This document shows positions 1 to 10,060 of a stretch of 64,000 nt of DNA, one piece after another; position 1 is the stretch's first letter; each line of letters starts with the position of its first letter. Under the pieces are notes generated by a model that saw only the letters and a program-made list of their open reading frames with translations, did no database searches and was not told the origin of the DNA. The position numbers were made by a program, and so were the translations under genes. The DNA is from an uncultured candidate division Zixibacteria bacterium (GTDB lineage: Bacteria; Zixibacteria; MSB-5A5; GN15; FEB-12), in contig CAWDXE010000005.1 of the NCBI GenBank assembly GCA_963806185.1, positions 192,001 through 256,000 on the forward strand, given 5' to 3'.

Positions 1-50
1 TTCGGAGTCGCTTACCACAGATAGGGCATACTCTGAATCCACCTTGATTC

Positions 51-84
51 GAAGCCGGCGTCAGCCAAGGTTGTCGCCGGCTTC
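51..84 (-). terminator. Hairpin downstream of the esterase gene, possible terminator
   Basis: GAAGCCGGCG (51-60) pairs with CGCCGGCTTC (75-84), just past the stop at 107; no clear U tract. Confidence 0.4.
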
Positions 85-106
85 AGGAAACAGGTATTGT
101 CACGTC

Positions 107-2083
107 TCAGCGAGCTTTCGCGAAGATTCCCTCCACCCACTCCTCATACCTCTTGATTGTCACAGCATCCGGGAAATCATGCCCCTTCTCCGGTTCGGAG
201 ACGAATAGCACTCGCGCCTGCGCTTTGCGAAGTTTCTCCACCAGTTTCTGTGTGGTCGCGTACGGACAGTTTCTGTCCTTCTCTCCGTGAAATACAAAGA
301 CCGGAAGATTCCTGAACGCTCTGAGGTTCTTATCTTCGAGAAAATCCGGCTGCGTGCTGTCACCGGTGTACCTTGCACCGAGACTGGGATCGCCGCTAAT
401 TATCGCCAGTGCTCGGAACTTACTGGGGGTTTCATATGCTGTCCGATACACGCCATACCCCCCCATGGAAAAACCGCCCAGCAATACGGCACCGGTATCG
501 ACTGAATAATCCTGAGAGACGGCCGTGATAACGTCAGCGATATCTTCCTGAGCATGATCGCCACTAAAGGCATTCGACTTCCCCCGCCCGAATGGCGCGA
601 CAGCTATGAACCCTTTGGGAATGATATCACGCGCCCCTCGTTTGGTGAAACTCCTTTCATCTGATGCACTCCCGTGAAGATAGACAAACAACGGATAGTG
701 CCTTTCGCGACTGTAATCCGGCGGAAGCCAGACCATGTACGGCTGAAGACTCCCATCGATGCTTGAACGGTAGGCCTTTCGCACAAACCCGGTGGCACGA
801 GCAAGATCATCACTTCCCTGCTCGGCGCGCTCGACCGTTTTGATCAACCCGTCAAGCGCCACCCTCAAATTGCCACAGGATTCATACGGGTGAATCGACT
901 GAAGTTCGCGCTGCGTCTCGCCCAAGAGAAACTGCATCGTGTTGACACTTGAGGCTGACACCTTGCTCCCGACCGCTTCAACGCGATCGCCAAGAACCGA
1001 CAAGTCCACGGCAGGCAATACGGTCAGGCCGCGTTCCCCGTGGCCCGCACGGCCCCCGGCATTCCACCGCACCGTATAGCCACCGACGGCCAAATCCGTT
1101 GTGTTGAGCCAAAGCGATTTTCTCTGAATAGTTGAATCACACGTCAGGGGGAACCGCTGATTCAGCATCCGCTCGCCTTCCCCGGAATAGACACCAACAG
1201 CCACTTCCGAGGTCCGCGCGTCAGGCGCAACACCCACCAAGGCTATTTCCAGGCTGTCGCCCACATTGATATGACCCCGCACCGGCTGTGCAAAGGTGTG
1301 GATAGAATGACGAGCCGCAGGCCGCTGAAACGGAAGGATCGCATATTGACGCTTATGCTGTTCGCTGTCAAGATCGGGATCCTCCACCACACCATACAGC
1401 ATCACCCGATCAGGTTCGGCGGCTTTCACAAACAGCAGATTGAATCCGATTCCTTCTGATAACCACGGGTGATACGGGTGAATGTCAGTCCACGGAAGCA
1501 CCAATTCGAATCTTATTTTTCCGTCTCCCTGAGAGCACTCAAGCCGAGTATTCTCGCTGGTGGGCACAAAAATCCTGTCGACATTGTAGTACCAAAATAT
1601 GTGGCGTGTCCATTCCTGGGACGGTTCATTCACCGCCGAGCAGGCCAGGACGTAGAATTCGTCGGTGGATGCTTGATCCGGTCGCGGCGCGGCAATCACC
1701 AGATCAAACCCGTCACCATTTTGATAAGCGCGATCGCGATAGATCAACTGGTCGGCAGCCATCTCAATATAGAGGTACAAGAACGTACTTCCGTATGCCA
1801 GTCGATAGTGGGCGTCAACGGCCGTATCTTCGACAGCAAGGTACGCGAAGGTGAAAGGTCGTTCCGGCAGGAATCGCAATGATTCATCAAGTCGGCCGTC
1901 GATCACTGGGACGTATTCGAGAAAGTCTACAGCCGGTTCAATCGTCTTCGTTGGCGTTTCAAGACTAACATGTCGTAAAACCGGCCCCACTTGCGCCATC
2001 GATCCTCGTGCGACAATCATCATCAGAATCAGGATCGACAGTAGAGTTACACGTACCGTAGCCATCAGTATCCTCGTCTTCAT
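107..2083 (-). CDS. Secreted alpha/beta-hydrolase (esterase/peptidase) with N-terminal CBM9/DOMON-like domain
   Basis: ATG at 2083 with AGGA upstream; hydrophobic signal peptide; PVIDGRLDE, YLYIE and FELVLPW (CBM9-like); YPLFVYLHGS, nucleophile GFSMGG, FHGEKD, KGH. Confidence 0.8.
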   Translation of the reverse strand: MKTRILMATVRVTLLSILILMMIVARGSMAQVGPVLRHVSLETPTKTIEPAVDFLEYVPVIDGRLDESLRFLPERPFTFAYLAVEDTAVDAHYRLAYGSTFLYLYIEMAADQLIYRDRAYQNGDGFDLVIAAPRPDQASTDEFYVLACSAVNEPSQEWTRHIFWYYNVDRIFVPTSENTRLECSQGDGKIRFELVLPWTDIHPYHPWLSEGIGFNLLFVKAAEPDRVMLYGVVEDPDLDSEQHKRQYAILPFQRPAARHSIHTFAQPVRGHINVGDSLEIALVGVAPDARTSEVAVGVYSGEGERMLNQRFPLTCDSTIQRKSLWLNTTDLAVGGYTVRWNAGGRAGHGERGLTVLPAVDLSVLGDRVEAVGSKVSASSVNTMQFLLGETQRELQSIHPYESCGNLRVALDGLIKTVERAEQGSDDLARATGFVRKAYRSSIDGSLQPYMVWLPPDYSRERHYPLFVYLHGSASDERSFTKRGARDIIPKGFIAVAPFGRGKSNAFSGDHAQEDIADVITAVSQDYSVDTGAVLLGGFSMGGYGVYRTAYETPSKFRALAIISGDPSLGARYTGDSTQPDFLEDKNLRAFRNLPVFVFHGEKDRNCPYATTQKLVEKLRKAQARVLFVSEPEKGHDFPDAVTIKRYEEWVEGIFAKAR

Positions 2084-2300
2084 TTTTCCTACGTTAACGC
2101 AGCATGAAACTACTGCCAATGTATCTAATACAGATACGACAGCCACGTTTGTTTGTTGCTCGATCTCTGCCACTCCAAGGTGGCCTCGTAAGTGCAGACT
2201 CGTCCGGCAATCTCAAGCACGACCCACGATGTCATGATCAGATTCATATTTGGAATCAGCCAATGTGACTGGAAACACCACGCCGATGAAAGTGATGACC

Positions 2301-2375
2301 ATGTCCATCCACACTGACATCCTCCAGGTTATCGGGTATACGTCGATAGTCAAAGTCAGCAAAATCGTTTCGCCC
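2301..2375 (+). pseudogene. Remnant N-terminus of a cysteine synthase-family gene
   Basis: MSIHTDILQVIGYTSIVKVSKIVSP matches the start of the 4667 gene (MRISTSVLQVIGNTSIVQLRKVVPP) at 15 of 25 residues, then similarity stops. Confidence 0.6.
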
Positions 2376-2572
2376 GACCCCCGGAGTGCGTGCTATCGAG
2401 AAGGGCCAAGCATCCATGATCTCAACCATACGAGACTTATCTTGTATCATTACGCCAGGCGCAAATCGCATCCGCGCGATCTCGTTTGAAACACTTTCTT
2501 AACTTCACACGTCATAAACTACAGCCGCCAAAAAGTAACTCGTCATGAGATGATGAAGGAAGGACAGTCCGA

Positions 2573-4462
2573 ATGAAGATTGGATGGGTTCTACTTACGT
2601 TCGCTGCTGCGTTCGCCGGAAACCTGCAGGCGGCGACAATTCACGAAGTGATTGATCAAGGTGACAGCACAGCGGTCGCTGCCATGTTGGACGAAAATCC
2701 AGCCCTTCTGAGCGAGAGGTTGCAGAATGGTCGGACGCCTCTGCATACCGCCGCGTATGGCGGAAAGCTCAACATTGTCCAACTGCTTGTCAGTCGCGGC
2801 GCGGACGTCAATGCCACGACACCGTTGGGAGCTGCACCACTACACGGTTCAGCGCTGGCCGGCCACGAGGCAGTGGTAGAATTTCTTGTCGCCAAGGGAG
2901 CGAATGTTAACAGCGCCAATCGATACGGCTATACGCCGTTGTACAACGCGACTTCGAACGGCAGCATACCAACGATGAAGTGCCTCATCGATGCAGGAGC
3001 AAGGATCGAGCCATTAACGGACTCGGCGCAGGCTCCTCTTCATTCCGCTATTCTTCGCTGCTGGCCTGAAGGCGTGAGGTATCTGCTCGATGCCGGCGCC
3101 AATGCCAATGTCGCGACGGGGGATCACGGAGATGCGGTCTCATTGACGGTCTTGACGACTGCCTGGAGATTGAGCGGAAATGAAAACGCCCCGGCAATCC
3201 TGAAGCTTTTGTTTGAACACGGTGCCACTGCCACATGGCGATTTTCCGGCGGGTACACGGCCTTGATGCATGCTGCCGGGACTGATGACACTGTGATATT
3301 GGGGATTCTGCTTGATGCCGGTGCCGATCCAAATGCCGTGTCGGACAACGGCGCGACAGCTTTTGGCGCGGCGGTCGGATCCAATAATGTAAACGCGGCC
3401 AGGTACCTCATCAACCGTAAGGCATACCGGCTTGAGGCAGAGGCGACCACCGGCCGTATTCCGCTGCATCACGCGGTCATGGGGGGATCGCTGCCGATGG
3501 TCGAGGCCGTGCTGTCGGTGACCCCTGATCCGAATACGATTGACAGCCTCGACTTCACGCCGCTTGACATGGCCCTCCGTTACGGACACAAAAAGGTGGC
3601 CGAATATCTCAAGACGAAGGGAGCCGTCGCCAAGGGTCAGATGAAAGCGCACCTGTCCTCGTCGTACCTGGCCGAGAAACCTGCCGCGGGCGAGGCCTAT
3701 CTGTGGTATCTCGGGAACTGCGGCTACCTGATCAAGACGCGGGATCACTGTCTCATCTTCGATTACATGACGGGAGGCATGAAAGCGACAGAACCATCGA
3801 TTACTAATGGCGTGATTAATCCGCAGGAACTGGCGTCGGAGAATGTGACCGTGTTTGCCACTCACGAGCATGGCGATCATTTTGACTCCACGATTTTCGG
3901 CTGGCCGGCAACGATTCCCGGACTTGACTACGTCTTCGGCTTTCAACCGGAGTCCCTTGCCGTCGAACGCCGGCAGGGCTATGCCGGTCAACCATATAGT
4001 TATGTCGGTCCCGGCATGACGAAGACGGTCGATGGGATGAAGATCTTTGCCGTACGTTCCAACGACGCCGGCGTCGGTTTTGTAGTCGAAGTAGACGGTG
4101 TAACGATTTATCACGCCGGCGATCTCGCCGGATGGCTGCCGGATCAACGGAATGGGTTCATTGCGCAGATCGACTCCATTGACGCGATATACGATGCGGT
4201 TGACGTCGCCCTGGTCAATGTGACCGGCTGTCACCACCAGGATACGATCGCCTTAGCCGAGGGCACGGCCTACACGTTGGAGAAACTACAACCCAGATTG
4301 GTGATTCCCACGCACGGATACATGCGGGAGAATTACTATCGACACTTCATGAATAAATTCGCCGATCAATTCCCAAGCGCAAAATCATTCTGCCCGATGT
4401 GGCGCGGGGATGTCGCGAAGTTCACGGGCGGCAAAAAACCGGCTCAATTCGAGGTTCTGTAG
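2573..4462 (+). CDS. Secreted ankyrin-repeat protein fused to a metallo-beta-lactamase-fold hydrolase
   Basis: SD AAGGA; signal peptide; repeated G-x-TPLH-x-A...GADVN ankyrin units; C-terminal WYLGNCG, THEHGDH (HxHxDH), YHAGD, PTH. Confidence 0.85.
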   Translation: MKIGWVLLTFAAAFAGNLQAATIHEVIDQGDSTAVAAMLDENPALLSERLQNGRTPLHTAAYGGKLNIVQLLVSRGADVNATTPLGAAPLHGSALAGHEAVVEFLVAKGANVNSANRYGYTPLYNATSNGSIPTMKCLIDAGARIEPLTDSAQAPLHSAILRCWPEGVRYLLDAGANANVATGDHGDAVSLTVLTTAWRLSGNENAPAILKLLFEHGATATWRFSGGYTALMHAAGTDDTVILGILLDAGADPNAVSDNGATAFGAAVGSNNVNAARYLINRKAYRLEAEATTGRIPLHHAVMGGSLPMVEAVLSVTPDPNTIDSLDFTPLDMALRYGHKKVAEYLKTKGAVAKGQMKAHLSSSYLAEKPAAGEAYLWYLGNCGYLIKTRDHCLIFDYMTGGMKATEPSITNGVINPQELASENVTVFATHEHGDHFDSTIFGWPATIPGLDYVFGFQPESLAVERRQGYAGQPYSYVGPGMTKTVDGMKIFAVRSNDAGVGFVVEVDGVTIYHAGDLAGWLPDQRNGFIAQIDSIDAIYDAVDVALVNVTGCHHQDTIALAEGTAYTLEKLQPRLVIPTHGYMRENYYRHFMNKFADQFPSAKSFCPMWRGDVAKFTGGKKPAQFEVL

Positions 4463-4666
4463 ACAGGGTTAGGAACGCCCGTCGATACCATCGGTATTTC
4501 GGCAGAGTCGGCTGACACTATCCGGTCCGAGAACCAGTGAGCTTCAGCCACCGGATTTCCCGGCTCTGCCGCGAAAAATCATTTTCTTCTTCCTCCCAAT
4601 GGTGTAGTCTTAGCCGACAAAACCTGATGAATGGAACAATCTCGCCATTCAGGGAAGGGGAATTCT

Positions 4667-5599
4667 ATGCGTATCAGTACTTCCGTCCTGCAAGTGATAG
4701 GCAATACCTCGATAGTACAGCTTCGCAAGGTCGTTCCGCCCGGTTGCGCCGACATATTCGTGAAACTCGAATGGGAAAACCCGACCGGGAGCATGAAAGA
4801 CCGCACCGCCCAGGCGATGATTGCACGGGCCGAGGATGACGGCCGGCTCAAGCCGGGCGATACCATCGTCGAATACACCGGCGGGAGTACGGGTATCTCA
4901 CTCGCGCTCGTTTGTGTGGCGAAGGGGTATTATCTACATATCGTCACCTCCGACGCGTTTAGTCAGGAGAAGTTAAGACAGATGTCGGCCCTGGGCGCCG
5001 AACTGACTCTGGTCCCCAGCGAAGGTGGCTTGACCACCAAAAAGCTGATTCTGGATATGATCGAAGCGGCGAGAGAAATCAGTACGCGGCCGCATACCTA
5101 CTGGACCAACCAGCTTAGCAATCTCGACAGCATTACCGGATACTATCCATTGGCAGAGGAAATCTGGAGCCAGACGGAAGGACGACTTGATGCTTTTATT
5201 CAGAGTGTCGGCACGGCGGCGTCGCTGCGCGGCGTGGCAAGTGTGCTGAAGCAGCACAACCCGAAGGTCAAGATCATTGCAGTAGAGCCGGCCGAATCGG
5301 CTGTGTTGACGGGCGGCCAACCGGGACCGCACAAGATTGAAGGCGTTGGCATTGGCTACGTGCCGCCACTCTGGGACTCAAGCATCGTGGATGAGATCGT
5401 TGCGGTCAGTACGGACGACGCAAAGGCCATGGCCCGCCGTTTGGCCCGGGAGGAGGGACTCTTTGGAGGCACGTCGTCGGGAGCCAACGTTGTCGCGGCC
5501 ATTCGAGTGGCCGAGCGACTGGGCCCGAAGGCCAGAATAGCGACGCTGATGGTGGATTCCGGCATGAAATATCTCAGCACCGACGTGTATCGGAAATAG
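4667..5599 (+). CDS. cysK: PLP-dependent cysteine synthase-family protein
   Basis: IGNT, KLEWENPTGSMKDR (PLP lysine), HKIEGVG, LAREEGL..G.SSGAN, DSGMKYLS. Confidence 0.85.
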   Translation: MRISTSVLQVIGNTSIVQLRKVVPPGCADIFVKLEWENPTGSMKDRTAQAMIARAEDDGRLKPGDTIVEYTGGSTGISLALVCVAKGYYLHIVTSDAFSQEKLRQMSALGAELTLVPSEGGLTTKKLILDMIEAAREISTRPHTYWTNQLSNLDSITGYYPLAEEIWSQTEGRLDAFIQSVGTAASLRGVASVLKQHNPKVKIIAVEPAESAVLTGGQPGPHKIEGVGIGYVPPLWDSSIVDEIVAVSTDDAKAMARRLAREEGLFGGTSSGANVVAAIRVAERLGPKARIATLMVDSGMKYLSTDVYRK

Positions 5600-5669
5600 C
5601 GGCACAAGTCAGTCGGTTGATCAATGCGCGGTGAGGTGACAATCCACAGGCGTCCGTCGGTCGTTCCAT

Positions 5670-8600
5670 TCACCAGGAATTTCTGACGTGTTGTGAGGAA
5701 GCCAGCACGTTGCGGAAGAATGAGAAATATGGTGAGTCGAGCAAGGCCGTCCATGAACCAGGCCCGTTGTCGCGGTCGTACCGTTGGGCCAGCTCCTCAA
5801 GGAATGACACGATTGCCGGGCTACCCGATTCGGCGAGTTCGCGGATGCGGACGGCGCACTTGATGGAAAGCTCAAACAGGTTCTGGTCTTGGGCGTAAGC
5901 AAGCACGGCCTGGAAGTTCTCCAGGGCAGCGTCGCCGCTGCCGGTCAAGCGATAGAATTCGCCCTGAAGAAACTGCCCCTCGCGATCGATAATGATGGTT
6001 CGCGATTCGCGGGCGTCAGCGCGAATCCGCTCCGTGAGCGCCCAGAGGGTATCCGTTTCTTTCACGCTCACTTTGACACGGGCCAGACCAACCCGGGCAC
6101 GAAGGGAAAATTCGCCCGAACCGATGTCATCGGCCAGTTTCATCGCCGCTTCCAGTAATTGTTCGGCCCCGGAAGTGTCACCGGAAAAGAAAGGCCACTT
6201 CACCCAGGCGGACTTTGCATTCGGCCTGAAGGTCACCGTCAGATACTGATTCGGCGAAAGCGAGGGCTTCGTTAAATCTGCTGCGGGCACGATCAAGATC
6301 GCCGCTGACAAGATCGATGTCGCCGAGATTGCCGACGGTGTAGTAGTGGGCATGCCGATCGCCCAAGCGCTCGAAAATGATGTCAGCCTCGGCCAGCATG
6401 TTCGCCGCATCGGCATGTTTACCGAATTCCCGAATGAGGGCCGCGAAATTTCCCCGAGCGTAGGCTTCGTTGCGTCGATCGCCCTGCCGGCGAAAGATGT
6501 CTATTGCCTCGCGCATGAGCGGTTCCGCCTGAACCAGGGCACCCATTTGCCAATGCACAATGGCCAGATTGTTGGCCAGGCGAGCCCGGTTGTACATACT
6601 GGCTTCACGCTGATCGCCGGACAACGATTTCTGAAGGCACGTGACGGCGTCGGGGAGCTTTCCCAGCGCCCATAACGCCAGTCCCAGTCGGTTGTAGGCA
6701 TCGGCGCAAGCAGACGGATCGTCGGACTTGGCCAGAGCCTGGCGGGCCCAGGCTTCTGCATCGGCAAAACGCCCCGTGCGGCGAGCCACCTCGGCCAGCA
6801 GCGTCATTCCTTTGGCCACCAATTCCGGGGATTCCTGCAGTGGGATTTGGTCGAGCGCCGCCCGCAATACCCGCTCACACCGTCCGTACTTTGATTGTTG
6901 CCAGAGAAGTTCGGCTGTGCCAAGCACGGAGGCGAGTGCCGAGGCAGAGTCGGCCAATCCCTCAGCCAGTCGGCGCCATGTCCGAAAAGTACGATACGCC
7001 TCAGTCACGCGTCCCTCGAGTACCAGGAATCGCGCGAATTCCCGGTGAAACGCCACGACCTGCTTCGGCGGAATGAGCGCGGCCCCTTCAGCACCCATCA
7101 ACGATTGGCAGTTCTCGAAATGGTGGGCGGCATCGCCGAGAGCATACATCGACAGCGCCGTCCGGGCAGCCGTTAACGAATAGGAGTACCCCTTGACAGT
7201 CTGCCGGGCACCGGCGTAGTGATAGGCCAGTAATTCAACCTGGGCCGGATCATGCGCTTCCAATCGGCGGGCAGACCGCAAGTGCCAGGCCATGAGATCA
7301 GCGCGCGGTATGCAGGAATGAATCGCTTCCTTGAGCGATTGACTTTCGAATCGATAGGCATGCTCGGCTTCGTTTGGGCGAAGAATCCCGCGGAGACACA
7401 ATTCATTCAGGCAGGAATCAACGTATGGGGCAGCCAATTCGCCGCTTACCTCAGCGATCAGCGCGGCGTCGAATTCCGTCGCGGCGATGGCACACAGCTT
7501 GAGAACCGAGCGGAGTCCTTCCGGTAACGCATCAAATGTTTCCAGATTGAGGTCACGTGCGGAGCGCGGGACGGTGATTTCCGTTGCCGCCTGCCTGAGT
7601 TCCCACCGGGAAGTCACCGGATTGGCGACCAGATCACCGCTGGTCATCCGCTGACTCAGGAATTCGAACACGGTGCGCGGCAGGCCGTCAGACTGCTCGA
7701 TCAATCGGTCGGCCAGATCCTCTTCTCTTCGCCCGTTCGAGAGGTGCGCACTGAAGTACTGACGCCATTCGGCTTTGGACGGCGAGCACAGCTCGCTCGA
7801 ATCAAACGCAGTCGTGCCGGCAGATCCATTGATGACGGTCAAGTCCGACGTCGTGGCCAGTATCGTTGCGTCCAGTTCGGAGCCAAGGCTGCACAGAACC
7901 AGAATGAGCTGCCGGGAGTAAGCATCGGCCCCGTCCAGGTCATCGATGGCAACGATCACGTGATCGCTGATGAGACCGCGGACAATATCCGTGAAGAGTT
8001 TGTCGGCCATTGACTGACGGAGTTGCGGGGTCAGGTCTTTCGTCCAGGCGTCGTTTTCCAACGATCCGTCGAGAACGCCGCTCAGCGCCGCCAACGGCTC
8101 ACCGGCAAATCTGGTCTGCACCCACTGACCCAGTCCGATCGCTGCAGCCTCGGGATTCAGGGCAGCGAGTTCGGACAGCAATTTGCGGGCGACATACCCG
8201 GGTTTAAAGAAGATTGCCTGCCTGGCATCCAGCATGATTCGGAGGCGATTTTTGCTCCCCGTCAAACACGATCGCAACACGAGGCTCTTCCCCGTGCCGT
8301 GGGATCCGCAGACGATTACAGCCTGACGCCTGTTTTCCGAAACGGCTGTATTCAGCCGATCGAAAGCGCGCTGGTACGACGTATGCAGGAACATCTCCCT
8401 CTGCGTGTCCGATGCGGATTCGACAATGAGTTCGTCGATGTATTCCAGACGATGAACAGTGATCGGTTCAACGAACCCCTTGACGGACAATTCCTGGGGC
8501 CGACTGATGACCGAGGTCGGGAGGAGCGCCCGCATAGTATCATTTAGCAGCACTTTCCCCCAATCCGCCTTCGCCATGAGGCGTGCGGCCAGATTGGCGG

Positions 8601-9717
8601 CTGAGCCCATGATTGTATACTCGCGGCGCGTATGTGAACCCACGGCGCCGCAGAAGGTTCGACCACACGCTGCGCCGACGCGGACCTGGAAGTCCGCCTG
8701 ATTGAGCAGACTGATTTGGCGAGCGCATTCCAACGCCCGCCAGTGATCGTCACTGCGCTTCACCGGAGCACCAAACAAAATGAGTAATTTATGGCCGTCC
8801 TTGAACGGGTCGATTCGGGCAAGGCTTCCGCCGAACTTCCGTACGAGTTGCAAAACCTGGCCGACCCGGTTCCTCACGACGTCGATATCTCCGGCAGTGA
8901 GCTGATCCTCCCATGCGCATTCGCAGAAGAGGACGGCAATCTCGCGATACTCGCTGTTCATCCGGCTGGAGCCGGCATCGCCGGCCATTCGCCCGATTAG
9001 CGCCTGCGGCACATACCGCCAGAGTACTGACTCCTTGCATGCCAGTTCCGCCTCACTGAGCGCAACCTGGTTTGGCCTCGTGGGATTGGCCGAGATGGCA
9101 GTTGATTGCTGCTCCGCAGAGGGGAAGGGAGTCGGCGTGCCGGCGGCCTGAAATCTCGTCAGTTCCGGTCCAACCACGATCTCACCGGCCACGGCGCGGT
9201 CACAGCAGGCATACGCTTCGCTCACCACTTTGCCGATCGGCTCAGCCTCGAGCCTATGCTTCGCATCGCCAAAAGAGACGAGCTCAAACGATCCCAGTTC
9301 CGCACCGAGATGAACGCTGATCGGATCAGACTTCAGGTAATCGTGGCGACCATTCACATCGCGAAGTGAACTTTGGATGGCCTCAGCCAGGGCGATGACA
9401 GCGTGCGGATCGGGCAGGTACAGCCAGAGACCGTCGCCCGAAAATTTGAGTACGTCGGCGTCAAATCTGTCGGCTACGTCGATGACCACCGAGAAGAAGG
9501 CATTCAATACGTGGGTGAGAATTTCCGGTCCGTCTTCTCCGCCCGCTTCCAGTTTTGCGGTAAGCCGGGTGAAGCCGGAAGCGTCAAGACAGACGAGCAC
9601 GCCATCGTGCCTGGTCCAGTGATGAATTTCGCCGGGATGACTTCGGTACCATTGCGCCAGCCTGCGCGGCAGAAACGGCAGGATCAGGGCGCCTGATTGT
9701 TCGATTTCACCGGCCAT
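5670..9717 (-). CDS. Class III nucleotide cyclase with two cyclase domains, STAND/AAA ATPase and TPR repeats (sAC/ADCY10-like); one frameshift near 6190
   Basis: LDASGFT and KFSGDG in domain 1; EYTIMGSAANLAARLM in domain 2; Walker A GSHGTGKS, Walker B IDDLD; LAYHY; TPRs continue in ORF 5670..6416 after an apparent extra T in GCCTTTCTTTTCC. Confidence 0.85.
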
Positions 9718-10060
9718 AGATGGTCAACCGAAGGGCGAAAAGTATGAGCAGGTGAATGGCCTGATCGAGATAGAAGCTCTGCTTGCTCCCGGCAAAACCG
9801 TTCACTTTTACGTAGTCCTGAATCCAGTGCTCCACGAAAAGGAAGAGCAGTATCGGAATGGTGGCCCATTGCATGACGACGACAGCGTCTGCCATAACGT
9901 ACGCGGCCAGCAGGGCAGCGGCAATGGTCAGCGTATAAATGGCGACATGCAGCGTGAGGGTGGCTTTGGATTTTTGCTTGTCGCGGGCCATTCGGTCGGA
10001 CTGCAGGGCGAAATCGCCGCACACGTGGCCAAACAGCAGGAAGAACAGCAGATCAGGCAT
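9707..10060 (-). CDS. DUF3307-like small membrane protein
   Basis: MPDLLFFLLFGHVCGDFALQ...LHVAIY...EHWIQD...LDQAIH with hydrophobic helices; overlaps both neighbouring genes. Confidence 0.75.
   Translation of the reverse strand: MPDLLFFLLFGHVCGDFALQSDRMARDKQKSKATLTLHVAIYTLTIAAALLAAYVMADAVVVMQWATIPILLFLFVEHWIQDYVKVNGFAGSKQSFYLDQAIHLLILFALRLTIYGR

Noticed and set aside
3140..4237. Long antisense ORFs (also 17779..18669, 23397..24572, 43802..44713, 62163..62963)
   Set aside because: Opposite-strand shadows of well-supported genes with no motifs of their own
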